From positions 15,554,861-15,618,860 of the forward strand of contig OZ316892.1 in the NCBI GenBank assembly GCA_973895155.1: a DNA stretch of 64,000 nt, written 5' to 3'. The notes beneath the pieces are model-generated. The model was not told where the DNA came from, made no database searches, and worked only from the letters and a program-made list of their open reading frames with translations. Positions 24,337 to 37,418 of this stretch are shown here, piece after piece (the first letter of the stretch is position 1; each line of letters begins with the position of its first letter). A program made the translations under genes and the position numbers. Origin of the DNA: Marsupella aquatica (taxonomy: Eukaryota > Plantae > Marchantiophyta).

Positions 24337-24795
24337 TCTCAGAGAGCCTCTCCAAGATAGAAAGAACCTTCCCTTCTCAAAGACCCTCTCCGAGATATCC
24401 ATGCCTTCTTGAAGAGCGATGCCTTCTCGGAGAGCCTCTCCAAGATAGAAAGAACCTTCCCTTCTCGAAGACCCTCTCAGAGATATCCATGCCTTCTTGA
24501 AGAGTGATGCCTTCTTGAAGAGCCTCTCCAAGATAGAAAGAACCTTCCCTTCTCGAAGACCCTCTCAGAGATATCCATGCCTTCTTGAAGAGCGATGCCT
24601 TCTTGGAGAGCCTCTCCAAGATAGAAAGAACCTTCCCTTCTTGGAGAGCCTCTCCAAGATATCAATTCCTTCTTGAAGAGCGATGCCTTCTTGGAGAGCC
24701 TCTCCAAGATAGAAAGAACCTTCCCTTCTCGGAGAGCCTCTCCGAGATATCAATGCCTTCTTGAAGAGCGATGCCTTCTCAAAGAGCCTCTCCAA
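24337..24795. repeat. 88-bp minisatellite (~5 copies) in the intron of the ParB-like gene
   Basis: agagcctctccaagatagaaagaacc at 24343, 24431, 24519, 24607 and 24695. Confidence 0.95.
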
Positions 24796-26169
24796 AGAGA
24801 CATGTAATTGCTCGTACATAGCCTTTGACGCTTCTTTTACGTAGGATAAGCGCAAACGTTGTGCAGACATCTTGGTTGACCGATGCAGATAGGGTGAAGA
24901 AGCTGTTGATGACACCTTTGGAGGAGTATCAGACATTGCTTCATCCGGATGGTTATGCTAGATTCTTAGCAGCAACCATAGAGGAGCTTGGCATAAAAGT
25001 TAGCAACGATAGAACTAAGTGTTAAGGTAGTCAATTTCCGTGACTCTTTGCTACACATTCAACAACAACATATTAATATTATTGTTCAAAGCCAAGATAA
25101 CCTACTCCCCTCAAATATGCAAGTACAAGCATCACGTTGAGCCTCTTTTCGAATTTTTTTCTAGCCCCCCCTAAAGGATGAGGATGAGTGGTATGTCACA
25201 CCAGTATGAGTGGTGGTATAGGATATTGGACTATGTAGGTTTGAGGCTTTCATATGTATGTTATCTAAGTGTTTTAGGGTTAATGTATGTTTGTGAGGGA
25301 TAGTTATATATCTCTTTGTGTTGGCTCAAAGGTCTCATCTTTTGATGTTGAGCCTTTTGAGCACAAGCTCTAGCAGTTATGGTATGGCTGTCTAGGTTGT
25401 GTGTATGTAACGTGGGTTCCTTGAGGGGCAAGGTGCGTTTGGCTTCACGTATGTGTGTGATCGCATTGGACAAGATTGTGTGTTTAATTTGGCATCAATT
25501 GTTGTTTGATTGCTCTTGAAGATTACATCAAAAGATCGTCTTCAAACTCTCTTGTGCGAACAATGTAGACAAAGGTTTGATTTCATTTTGGTTTTGTTGT
25601 TGATGATTCATGGTAGCTCGGATCAGGTGTTATTATTGATAGGATTCATTGTTGGTATCTCAATCTCTTGCAAGTTGGTGTGGCGCTTGCGTGGAAGTGA
25701 AGCTTCAAGTTGTTGTTGCTAAGTTGCAATTTTGGAGTTGCGGTCTTCGACGATATGCGTTGCTACATTGTGGAGGATTGATTGTGTGATCGACAAGCGC
25801 ATGTTGCTATTGACAATTTGTGAGAGAGAAACAATGGCATATAATCCTATTTTGTGAAGGGAAAGTAGTTGGATATGCGACTCTTTATGGTTTTGATTTA
25901 GGCGGTTTGATTGGGAGCCCGACAATTGATTGTGTTTATAGTTTTTGTAGGATGCAATTCTGATTTTCATCAAGTTCTTTGTTGATGGATAGTTTGTTTC
26001 TATGAAGGAAACAACATTGAATGTTGGTGAATTTTGTCGTCAACGCGTGACGGGATAAGGCATCGTGGAGAGGCAAGGGCGACTGTGATTTAGGGCATAG
26101 AGGAAACAACAAAGAGTGAATAGTGATTTTGTTTTGTTAAACGTGGCGTGTTTAGCGCATAACTTGAGT

Positions 26170-26420
26170 AAAGAGAGTTTTGGTGGTGAGGCACCCATAG
26201 CCCACGTCTGTGGCCAATTCATCTTGGTTGTGTGGGTTAGCACCCATAGCCCACAGCCTGTGGCCTCTTGCAGTTTGGTTTGCGTGGGTAGACGACACAC
26301 ATAGCCCATAGCCTGTGGCTGATTCATCTTTGTTGTGCGGGTTGACACCCATAGCCCACGACTTGTGACCTCTCGAGGTTTGGTTTGTGTGGGTAGGCAC
26401 CCATAGCCCACGGTCTGTGG
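26170..26420. repeat. Degenerate cacccatagccca repeats (~5) in the Gypsy B leader
   Basis: cccatagccca recurs every ~50-60 bp. Confidence 0.75.
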
Positions 26421-26545
26421 CCTAGGGTTTTGGAATCATAGAGTCTTCCAATAATGCAAAGCGACTTGAACGACGGACCGGTTTCAACTCAAAGTGGAGT
26501 GCAATTTTGGCCAACGATATTGCTAGTAGTTACTAGTGGAGCTTT

Positions 26546-29500
26546 TTTTTATATCTAGAACTTTTTTGGTCCTTTTCAAGTAAAACCCGCAAAAACCCAC
26601 GGGAAGGCGGCCAAAGCAGCCAAAACAACAACCAAAAGGCCAAGCAACCAGGGCCGAGGCCCCATGGTGCAGAGCCGGCAAGGAGCACAAACCACATGAG
26701 TGCTCGTAGGAGTGACAAAACCAAGGCAAAACTGTCTAACATCTGAAGGCCTTGTAAGTCACCAGACCACAAACCGAACCACAGTGGAAGGCCACTACAG
26801 TCTAAAGAGTTGTTGTCAAGAAAGTGAACAGGCAGAATAGAAAAGCGCCAGCTGAATGAACTAGTCTAGAAAGTCAGAGCCTACTTCTAAGCCTAATAGA
26901 ACCACTGCCTTCCCCTAGTAAGTGCCCAGTGAGAAAAACCACTTCACCATGTCGCGAAGGCATCCTTCCTTCCTAGCCACCGCCTTCTCTCACTGAACAA
27001 AGCATCCTTGGCTTGGAGGAGCCTCGCGTGCTTGCGGCAGGGCCATAAGTTTCACACAGCCCATGAATGTTGTCCGCCATTTCAGAGAGGACTAGATTAA
27101 AATTGAAGGAGCGTCTTATTGGGGGATTGAAAAATTGTTCATTTCTAGCATTCCACAAAGTCCACAGGACCTGATAGACCATGAAAGCCACGATTGTGTG
27201 CGTAAAGCGGGGTCCTTTGAAAGAGCCAAGCAGTAGCATAATATCCGTAGGAGGCCAGAGAATGATTCCAGGAAAAGACTGAGACACCAAACTCCAGCAT
27301 TTACGTGCAAATTGACATTTAAAGAAGAGGTGAGGGATGGATTCCAGTTCCGTAGAGCAAATTTGGCACATACCATTGCTCTTCCCGATTCTAAGAGCCC
27401 GCGTGCCTGTGAAAAGTCCTTGTGCCAGTATCCTCCATACAAAGGTGCGGGATTTCAGAGGTAAATCCGAAGTCCATAGTGACAGCCATATATTATTCCA
27501 TTCCGGCTCCGTGAGAATAGTATGCCAGATCCCGTTTAGCCGTCTGTAGTTTGATCCTTTGGGTCGGAGCAACTGGTACATGCGTGCATTAGGTAGTGTA
27601 AAGCGCCTCAGTGCTTCGGGTTTGTCCGACCACCGCCATTGCCCTGCAAAAGCGTGCCCAGACCGCATTTGATCTGTGAAACAGGTGATTTTGCTTAGAA
27701 AGCCCAAGCTCAATTCTTTAGTCCTGTCATCCATGCCTCGCACTTTGGCTAATTTGCTGGAATAAAAAGCAAAGTTGCTTGGAGAAGGCGCTTTCAGATC
27801 TGCTATATCCCGGATCCCGACCCTGCCATAAGTCCTGTTGATGGCACATATTGTGTCTTCCCCAAGATCTTGCAGGCCCTCCATGCATCGGATCACACAC
27901 CTTTTTGCCACTGCAGTGTCCCTAGGAGAAAAAATGAGATGTGTACGCAACGTCTCCCAGGAGTGCCAAAGACTTCTAGTGTAGCTCATTCCACTGAAAG
28001 TCCGAGGGTAACATAGTAAGAGTCGATCCGTGAAGGAATAATTGTTCCGCCTGATTGTTTTGGCATTATGCCATTTGGCCAGACAAAGGTTTGCTGCAAA
28101 CAACCGGGCCCATTCAGAAGATGGCTGATCTAGAGCCTAGTTAAACCATTGGCAGAGTAAGGCATCGGAGTGAGCCTTGAAGTCTTTCAGACCAATACCT
28201 CCATCAATCTTGGGCCGGGAGAGTGTTCTCCAGGCAACGAGGGGCACCTTTCTTCCGCCGTCTGCATTATATCCCCAGAGGAAGTCCCTGCAGAGTGCTA
28301 CTAACTTGGTGACCAAGGTGTTCGAAGAATGCAGAAACATCATGTGGTAAATGGGAATTGCCTGTAAGACATGTTTGACAAGGATGGTGCGTCCAGTGAA
28401 CGAAAGGAACCTGTTGGCCCAAGTTGAGAGCCGAGAACCAATTTTGTCCAGGCAGAAGGTGTGAAGCTGTGTTGAATGTAGACCCCATCCCATCGGAGCA
28501 CCAAGATATCGTTGAATCTCACCCCGCTTACTGATCTTGCAGCCCGTGCTGATGAGCCACTCTGGTATGCTCTCCATAGCCAAAGGGATAATGGTAGACT
28601 TATGGAAATTCAGCTTGGCTCCAGAAGCCAGTTCATAGCACGCAAGCGCCCCTTTAGCGCCATGAAAGTCAGCTTCACAAGCCGGTATGAACATGCCCAT
28701 GTCGTCTGCAAAAAGCCTGTAGCTGATCATGAGAAAATCAGAAATCTTAACCCCCTTAAATCGCCCGATCGAGATTTCAGAATCCAAGTGGTCCATCAGT
28801 GGCTGGGTCGCTAGAACAAAAAGAAGTGGAGATAAAGGACAGCCTTGACGAACTCCTCTCCGCATCTGAATGTCCTTGGAGAAGAGGCCGTTAATATGCA
28901 CCTGAGAGCTGGCACTGCTAATAAGGGAACGGACCAGGCTGATAAAGTGCGAGCCGAGCCCCAGAAGGTGAAGAGTCTCCTAGATATAAGAATGGGAGAC
29001 CCGGTCGAAGGCTTTCTCGAAATCCAGTTGTAAGAAAAGCGATTCCTGTTTCTGCTTAGTTACCCAATCCACCGTCAGCCAGGCTATGGAGATATTTTCT
29101 AGTATGTGTCAGCCTGGTATAAATCCCGTTTGCTGCGAACTGATAAGCTTCCTTAAGAGAGGTTTGAGACGGAGAGCTAAAATCTTTGCAATCAGTTTGT
29201 ATACAGTATTGAGCATTGTCAGCGGCCTCCAATCTTTCAATCTGCGTTTATCTGGCTTCTTTGGGATGAGCTTTATGATGCCTTCTTTAATGTGCGAGGC
29301 CAGAGTTCCTGTCCTCCAAAAGTCCAGAATCATGTGCATCAAATCCTCCTTGATAAAATCCCAGCATGAGCGAAAGACCTCCGCCGTCAGCCCGTCTAGG
29401 CCAGGGGCTTTATCTAAAGGAAGCAACCATAATGTGGCACGAACTTCATCTATAGTTGGAGGCTTTTCCAGCCTGAGAATCTCAGCCGTTGACAGAGCCT

Positions 29501-31399
29501 TGCTAGTATTCTTGAAGAGGACGCGCCTCGCCTCCCTCACCACCGTAGATGCATTGTTAGCCACCTCGTCGCTCGCCTCATAAAGGTCAATGAATTGATG
29601 TTCCACCTCTTCAAGTATCCTGTTTTCCTATAAGGTTATTAGAAGAAATGGCTATTCCTTCCAAGACCAGCTCTTACTCTGTTCACCTCGTTCATTTAGT
29701 GGTCTACCTTACACGACAGGTTTGTGGAAGAGTTGGGAACTGGTTAGGGCTCATCTTTCATTTGAACCTGGACGAATGGGACCGCCAGCGAGGTGGAGCA
29801 TCTCTGACACTCTTAGATGCATGGTTGGCTTCAATTCGCTGCCCAATGCGACAATTACGACTATTGCTACGATTTGTGGCAGACTGGGAATGAGGACTGT
29901 TGGGGATGGATGGTCGACGGAGGACGGATGCTGGAAGGACCTTCCTTTGAGATGGCACAACATTCAAAGTATTTCGGCTGAGCATCGGCTGTTGGCCAGG
30001 TCGTTCTTGGAGCGTCTGTGGAGCACAGATTTCTGTTGTACTGAATACTTCCTGTATGCCAAGCAATGGCGCTGGAGTGACAATGCGGGAGCTGGTCTGA
30101 GGAACTTCAGGATTGAGAACTGTCGAGTATATGATTTTTTGAGACCCAAAACCTCTACTCATGAGAGGCTGAATAGGATCTGGTCTCTCTCCCAACCGGA
30201 GCTGGTTTGGAATGTGGGATGGACCAAGCTATGGAGCTCTGATTTGCCAGTCAGAGGCAAGACCTTTATATGGAGGATTATTGTAGGGGGTCTTTTCTCT
30301 GGAGAGCGTGCGCTCAGAATCGATGTAAGCAATGGAGACTGCAAACTTTGTTGCGGGGTATTGGAGACTATTCCCCATAGTTTTTTCAGATGTACACATG
30401 CAGTTAGAAGCTGGAGCATATGTCAGGCCTTTCTTAGTGGATTGGGTATGCCATTCGGACAAGGTCTGAATGTCTTGTTGGAGGCTGCTTGTGGGAAAGA
30501 TGAGAAACAAGTTGCACAACTTTTTGTTTTGCATCAGATTCTGTGGCGACTTTGGATGGGGTGGAACACACATATGTTCCATTTGCATGGCAGACGCTCA
30601 TTTGATTTGGGCCTGGTTCTTATTGAGGCGGCTGAGAATCTGTATGCGGTTAGTCGCCGTTCTCTTCCGGGTAGGAAATGCACCAGACTTCTTAGGGCCA
30701 AAACCTGGATTGATGAGAGATGTAGGGGTTGGCTCTCTTTTGGCAGCGGCTGCATCGTCACTGGGATGTGACTGGCTGGTTGTTTGTGATGTGACTCGTA
30801 GCCCATGTGATGAGTAGGGGGTAGATGCGGTTCTTTTTCCCTGTGCTTTTTTGTGCTTGTTGATCCTGTGCCCTTGGTCTGCCCCTACACTAGTGGGGAC
30901 TGCCCTATGGCGGGGTCTGTTGTCTGGCCGTTTTGGGCCTTCTTTGTTCGCCCTTCCCGTGGGGTTTTTCGCGGGGGAACATCAAAATTTATAAAATGAT
31001 CTCTCTCTTTCAAGGAAGTATCCTGTTTTCCTGTGTGATGACTGAGCCGTTTTCCAGTAGCAAAGAGGCCATATTTTCTCTACTACATTTGGCTTTGATG
31101 CTGGCAAAATAGAACTTAGACAGCTCATCGCCCTGTCCAAGCCACCTGAGTCTGGAGAGCCGCCGGCCATGCTGTGCCTCTTCATGTTCCGCAAATCTCA
31201 TTTCTTCCTCTGCAGTAGCATAATCTCTGAGGTCCGCGTCTGAGTAGTCACTAATCATAGCTAACTTTAGAGCCCGAAGTTTTTCTCGTAGGCCCCGGGT
31301 CGTAGCTTCTTGCGCTGAAGTAGAACCTTGTAGTTCCAAAAATCTGTTTCGAAGTCTTGTAGTGGCTAGATAGAAGCGCAGATGAGGGTTGTCCTGAGG
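26546..31399 (-). mobile_element. L1-clade LINE 1, 5'-truncated (RT + zf-RVT), 17-bp TSD
   Basis: GTTACTAGTGGAGCTTT at 26529-26545 and 31400-31416; KAPGLDG, WRPLTMLN, RQGCPLSPLLF, LFADD, C..C....ESIPHLFFKC; A-rich tail. Confidence 0.93.
29630..31015 (+). mobile_element. L1-clade LINE 2, 5'-truncated 3' end nested in LINE 1, 17-bp TSD
   Basis: AAGTATCCTGTTTTCCT at 29613-29629 and 31016-31032; ORF 29722-30771 with KTFIWR...CKLC...ETIPHSFFRC. Confidence 0.9.
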
Positions 31400-32203
31400 G
31401 TTACTAGTGGAGCTTTAGATAGTGATTTTGACGATGACTCTATAGCCAATTATCCCCATCATCAGGTAGTTGCACCGTTATTGTGGAATATGGAGAAGAC
31501 GTATGGGTGTACTAAGGGCCCTAAGAGATACTCTGGTGTAGTTGGCATGATTGATTTGGATGATTTCATCCAAAAATTTGATACATGGTGTGATATGGAA
31601 ATAATATGTAACGCCATATTGTTTACACCTTTCATGGCATGGAAAGGGTTGTTTCAGCATTCGGAAGGTCCACCCATGGATGATTACCATGCGTTTTGTA
31701 AGATCTATTGGCTGACATTGAGATAACATTGGTCACCAAACTATGTGTCCATCACTTACAGTACAAGTGCAATTTCTCAACTTGTTGCTTCTTCTAGTAG
31801 CACTAGCCAGAGTGACACTCCACTAGCATCCATCGTTACTCCTATTGGTGCAATTGTGGGTGGGAGTGGAGTTGTGCCAATATTTAACCGTGTGGTGAAG
31901 TTCTTTGATGTGTTGAAGTAGAACTACCAGGGTATGAGAACTGATAAGTTGAAGGGTCTTTAAGATTTTCAGTGCAAAACTAGAGAGAGTCTACGCAAAG
32001 CATACACTTGTATGCAAAGATTGATTAGAGTCACCAAGGGAGTGATAGAGGCCCAAGCAGTTCAATTTTGGTATGCAATTTTGGATAGAGGGTTGCAATA
32101 TAGAGTAAAAGATGCCACTCTATTGAGGTATTTAGATCTCACGTTGGCTGTTGTTTTTGCACTTGTTTAGCTTATTGAGCTCAATATGGTGAATGAGACA
32201 TTC

Positions 32204-35200
32204 TGTGACGCCGTCGGTACAGCGGTTAATGAGTGATTCGGTCTAACTGCGCTCGGCATGCGCGTTAGGAGTGTCTTAGACCGCTATTATTAGCATAACG
32301 ACAGTATTTAGATAATCATTATGGGTAGGATATCATTAGGCAATAAGGGGGAATTCAGGTTCGGACTGGCGGCTGGTCGCTATTCGCACACCCGGGTTAC
32401 GAGCGTGGAGGGGCCCCTCCCTCGGGTCGGTATAACAAACTTAAGAAAGCGGCCACTGACACGCGCTGACTCAGACCGGCGGAGTGGCCGGCACACCACA
32501 AGCGTGAGCGGTTCAGCCTATGGGCATCGAGGAGACGTCGGGGGATCGACAAGCCCTCAAGGTATAAAAGGGGAGCCAACCCTTTGTAGTGCACCAGTCC
32601 ACCAGTCCACGCGCCAGCTTCGACCCCAGCTCTCTCGTTCGCTCTAAGTCGCCACTACTATCTCCTCTGAATATCGCACACGATCCTCTCCAGCTCGGCC
32701 ATTCGATTCTGGACGCAGTTCCTATCTACCGGAAGGCACTTGGCCGACTCATTGAAACACGCCAACCCGCGCCGATACGAAATCAAACGCGAGTACGAGA
32801 GAGCCATCCGCCTAGCAGGACGACACCACTACATCCTTAACTTTGACTACCCGTCTCAGAGCGAGCTTTACCGACCTGTAGAGGTATCCGGGTACTTCTT
32901 CAATGGAGACAAATATATCGGGTTCTGGGAAGCATTGCTTCGGCTTCCGGACGAGGTCTTCAATATCCCGGGTACAATCGACTTGCACCGACATCACTTT
33001 GACCACATCCCTACTCAGGTTTGGGCTATCATCAACAGCGAGTCCAGCACTACCCGTTCGACAAGGTCGTCTGCACTCGCTTCGGAGAACTTCTACCAGC
33101 ACCTACAGAGCTTCATAGGAACTCGGCTAGCAACCAACATGACCAACTCAGTCGTACCCGTACCCATACAACCTCAGGCTCAGCTTCAGCTTTAGCCTCA
33201 GCCGCAGCCTAGCCAAACCCCACCACCGATCGCCCAGCCAGCACAAGTATGCTCCGTCATCAACGCTGTGGATCTTAGCGATGACGACGAGGCTACCATA
33301 CCCTTGACCAGGCGGCCCAGAGGAACAAGCCCTCAGGGGGTCGACACTATATCGTCCCCACCCCCTACTCTGACCCCAGGAGCGGCCCCGGCAGACAACA
33401 TGGTGACCGTGGCTGACCCGGGCCCGTTACTAACGGCAGTAGCACTAGGCCCGATCGGGAGGATGGGGAGGTGTCACCTTCCCCGAGCCAGTCACGGGGG
33501 AAGAAGAGGAAGGAATCCGCCACTGCATCCGGGTTACCGTTGGCCACGGTAGCCGTAGCCAAGGTGACAATGCACCGCATGGGGGAAAATGTTCACAAAA
33601 ACATCCTCCATCCTAAGCATGCGGTGTACCTGAAGACTCAGGGATTCGAGCACCTCGCCTCCCTCCCCTGGAACACTTGCAGGTACTACGGGGAGGACAT
33701 GACAGAGTTCGTCAGGAATTATGACGACGCGCGTCAACATACTCGGCTACGGGGAAGGAGTATCTTCCTCACGGAAGAATGGCTCCGGATGATCTTCGGG
33801 TTACCCGAAGGTGACCATCGAGTCGAATCACGGGCTCCCGGGGGCAAGGGAGCCAAGTACCAATCTTCAAGTTTTCCCTCAGAGGGAGCAGTGGACAACG
33901 GGTTCGTGATGAAGACCTGCCTCATCCCCAAGATAGCTGAGCGACTGGAGTTCCAGAGGTACGCCCTCCACATGATGGAACCCCGGGGGGAGATCTCCGC
34001 CGCCCAGGTTATCCAGGTTGAGAACTATCGACCTAGGAGGTGGGCGTCGTACTTCGCTAAGAAATTCCATGAAGAGATGGAGCGGCGAAGGAAGACGCTG
34101 TACATTGGCGGGAAGGCGTATTTCGCTAGCCACATCGAGATCATTCTTGAGTGGTACGCCCGGTTTGATCGACAAACCCTTCCCCGTGTCAACGTTACAA
34201 AGCTCGTCCCAGCTAGGTGGGTTTTCCCGGCCTTGGAGAGACGGCCCCAACCCGAGGCCCGAAGTCCAGTGGACACGCCAGCTTCACCCACCCCACCTCC
34301 ACAAGTAGCTGTAGTCGTAACCGAGGGGGTACCGGATGGGTCGGGTGTCGCAACCGTTGATGCGACCCAACAGGCCGGGCTAAGTACAGAAGTCAGTACG
34401 GCAGAGGTCTTACCCGAGCCCAGTTCTCCCAAAGACCCACCAGTGGCTATTCCGGAGAACCGGACATTGCTACAGGAGGACGCTCCAGCCCCTTCCAATG
34501 TTACGTCCCCAGGGCTGGACGTCATTGCCCCGGCCCCCGCCCGTGTTGACGTCTGCCCGTGCCCAACTCCGGACAGGCACAACCTGGACCACCCGGAACT
34601 CTTCGTACCGGGTACATTTCTGAACGGGCTTCTGGGAGATTTCTCTCATCAGATTGCCCGGGATACCGGGGAGTTCATGGCCCGGAAGGTAGCCTGTTTC
34701 TTCAATCAGGAGTTGGTTGCCGCAGTAAAGGCAGGACGGGCCCAGTTAGAGGCCCTTCAGAGGATAGAGCGGTACCGGGTGGAGTCCGTGTACCTAAAGA
34801 ACAAAGTTGCGGCTCAAGAGGCTGAGCTTCGGCAACTACGACCCAAGGTTGCAGCCGCCGATGAGTTGTTAGCAAAGGCGCACGCTCTTACCGCCCTAGC
34901 CGAACAGGCCAAAGCTGGGAACGAGGCCGAGATTACCTGGCAGAAAGACCTGGAGGAGGCCGAGGAACGGGCCCAACGGGACACGGCGGAGATAGCCACG
35001 CTGCAGGCCGAGGTGGCGCAGCTCCAAACCGAGACCGAGAAGCAGGACCAGCTGGCGGGTAAACTGACAAGTGACGCCCAGCAGTTGGAGGAGGCTTTCA
35101 GGAGGCAGCAGAAGAGAGGGATGCGGCGAGGCGAGAGAACGAATCTCTGCTGGACCAGGTCCAGCTCCTCAAGGCGGACAATGACAGGCTTCGAAGGCAG

Positions 35201-36147
35201 CGGGATGGCCGCTCCCATTCAGGCGGCTTTGGCAAGCGTGCCAGGCATTAGCGGCGGAGTAGGAATAGATTAGGATTAGGACTAGCTTAGTCAGGTTCTT
35301 GGGACAGGCACCTGCCTTCGGTACAGCATTGCTGCCATGCTGTCCAGCCTGCGTAGATTAGGATCTTCTAATAAGACACAGCCGTTTTCCGGCCTGACTG
35401 TCAGCTTAGTTAAGACCTTAGTCAGTGAATCTTCGGCAAGAGGACACCCCGTCCCTCGGCCCTTAGTATTTAGTGCACCCCTCGGTAGAGGAAGGGGGGG
35501 GTTTTTAGTTGCAGAGTTGGGCGTCCGCGGTAGATGCGGGGAGTCCCGACCTTTGGGAATGAAAGAGGACCAAGGGGAGGGGTAGGACTAAGCTCGTCGG
35601 GCGAGTGCGGAGCCGGGCTCCGTTGTAGTGTGCACCCTCGGCCTTGAACCTATTCATTCCGGGGCTGTCGGGTCAACTAAGTGTACGCATATGTTCCCTT
35701 TGTAGTAAAATCCTTTTCCATCATTTTCCTTCGTGTAAATCGAGATTGTATGCATGTGCGCGTGTATGTGTGTGGGTTTCCCGTATATGGGTGGCAGCGC
35801 CAGGCCGAACGCACTACCTGAGACATGCACAGGGTGCAGCCTGCGGGTAAGTGGTTGCGAGCACGGCTTGAGGACCTGTATCATCGAATCCGGATCGAAG
35901 GCGGATAGCACGAAGGCTTAGAAGCCCTTAAGCCGGGGTCGATCCTGCTATCGACTAAGGTACGTTCCGGCGGTGGACACAAACCATACCTAGGAGGTGT
36001 CCGTATTTAGCAGTATGCGCACTTAGCGCTAGTTTATGAGAGTAAGGTGCATTATGTGCTTCCCTTCCTGCCCAAACCCTCAGATTTACGAGGGATGTGC
36101 CCGTCTAAGCTGAAGTCTGAGTTAAGGCCGCAGCCGATGATGTGACA
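32204..36147 (+). mobile_element. 3.9-kb TG...CA element (solo-LTR-like) with an internal ORF, TSD CATTC
   Basis: CATTC at 32199-32203 and 36148-36152; ends TGTGACG...TGTGACA; TATAAAA near 32563. No gag/pol motifs and no internal terminal direct repeat seen. Confidence 0.8.
32671..35251 (+). pseudogene. Long accessory ORF (Athila-ORF1/Transposase_32-like core, Pro-rich linker, coiled coil) with one stop and frameshifts
   Basis: Tracks 32740-33195, 33268-~33470 and 33471-~35100 chain together. Core GFEHLASLPW...EFVRNYD...RLRGRSIFLT...IFGLP; heptad-rich C-terminus ending GKRARH*. Confidence 0.6.
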
Positions 36148-37418
36148 CATTCACAAAAAGGGATCGACGGCGACGCTTGGCTTTGAGCTGAAGGTGTGCT
36201 CAGGGTACTTAGATTTTGTTCTTGGGGATGGTTGTTCAGATTTGTAGTTGACCTGGAGCTAAGACGTTTTCCTCCTATTTAGGGGGGTGGGACTAATGCG
36301 AACGCAGTTGGAAGGGTTGGAAGGGATGCTTGGAGAAGGAAGATAAGTTGAAAAAGAGGGAATGACTGGAATGGTTTAGGGTCGGAGCCGCTGGAAGACG
36401 CAGCCAGAGGTTCACTTGCGCGTGACTCTTTGTTTTTTTAAGGAGTGATAGTCTTACTTTAAGGGCGGAGTGGCTTTGGGTGACTGATCCGGATTACAGC
36501 TTGTAAAATACCTAAACAATGTTCTTGAAGGACGGTGCACTGTGTTCTCTCAATGGTGGAGAAGGTCTAATGTTGTGCCTGGAAGAAGGGGGATCCAGGA
36601 GCGGTACACGACACTGAGAGAAACAACGGAAGATAAATGAGTTTGCTGATCAAGAGCAATTAGGATTAAGGATTGAGAGATAAGGATTAAGGATTAAGGA
36701 TTGAGAGATCTGATTACGCTATCAAAGTGTAAACCCGGCCGCAGAGAGATTTGGACCTCAACTTCCTAAGCAAGATAGAAGGCGTAGTAAAGATCAGTCA
36801 TGATTGGACTGAAAACTAAGGTTATGGTCAAGAACTGGACGCGGACTGGAAGCTGAGTGGATTAGGGGTAGTGGATATGAGGGATTAGACGGTAATACCG
36901 TTGTCACTGGCACCAGGGTAAGAAGCGCAGAGAAAGGGCAAAACAGGAGATACAACTAGGGCGTATGCAGCGGCGAGCAAGGGCAGCGAGATTAAGGAGT
37001 AAAGAGAAGCAGCATGAACTTGTCAAGGTAACAGTGATAGACTAGGAAGGTAAAACATAAGGGCAGACTGGAAGAATTAAAAAGGGGGAGGTATAGAGGA
37101 AAGTGCAGCGGGCAGGAGCAGCCCACGACTGGGACCTGCTAAGGGTGCGGGGAAGGGAAGACTGAGAGACTCAAGAATTGTCGAGCATGGCGCGGTAATC
37201 CACGGGATTAGGGGCAAAGGGACTTTGTTGGTACCTCGAAGGAAGGCCTGACTGAGAGGTGAGAAGGCAACTTTTTACTCTAATACCCTGCTATTACTGC
37301 TTAAGCCATGGCATTGATAGGCGAGGCTAATGCAAGATTTAGTAGGAAGGACTCTTGAAGCTCGGCTACGCACCAAGGTTGGGGGGGCCAAGATGCTCCT
37401 GAACGTCGACCTTTTTGT

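Larger units (their letters stand above)
21797..25025 (+). pseudogene. ParB/Srx-like domain gene fragment, spliced and interrupted by a solo-LTR-like insertion
   Basis: Removing 22118-23921 restores the frame: IPLCRL...KKDFVKNGY...FHISETN|AHNA...WDPLWEQANAKFE...KMFWVFDGNHRLNA*. GT-AG intron 24212-24844, then ISANVVQTSWLTD... Confidence 0.65.

Noticed and set aside
24268-24936. Repetitive minus-strand ORFs (MERLSKKASLFKK...)
   Set aside because: These are translations of the 88-bp minisatellite inside an intron.
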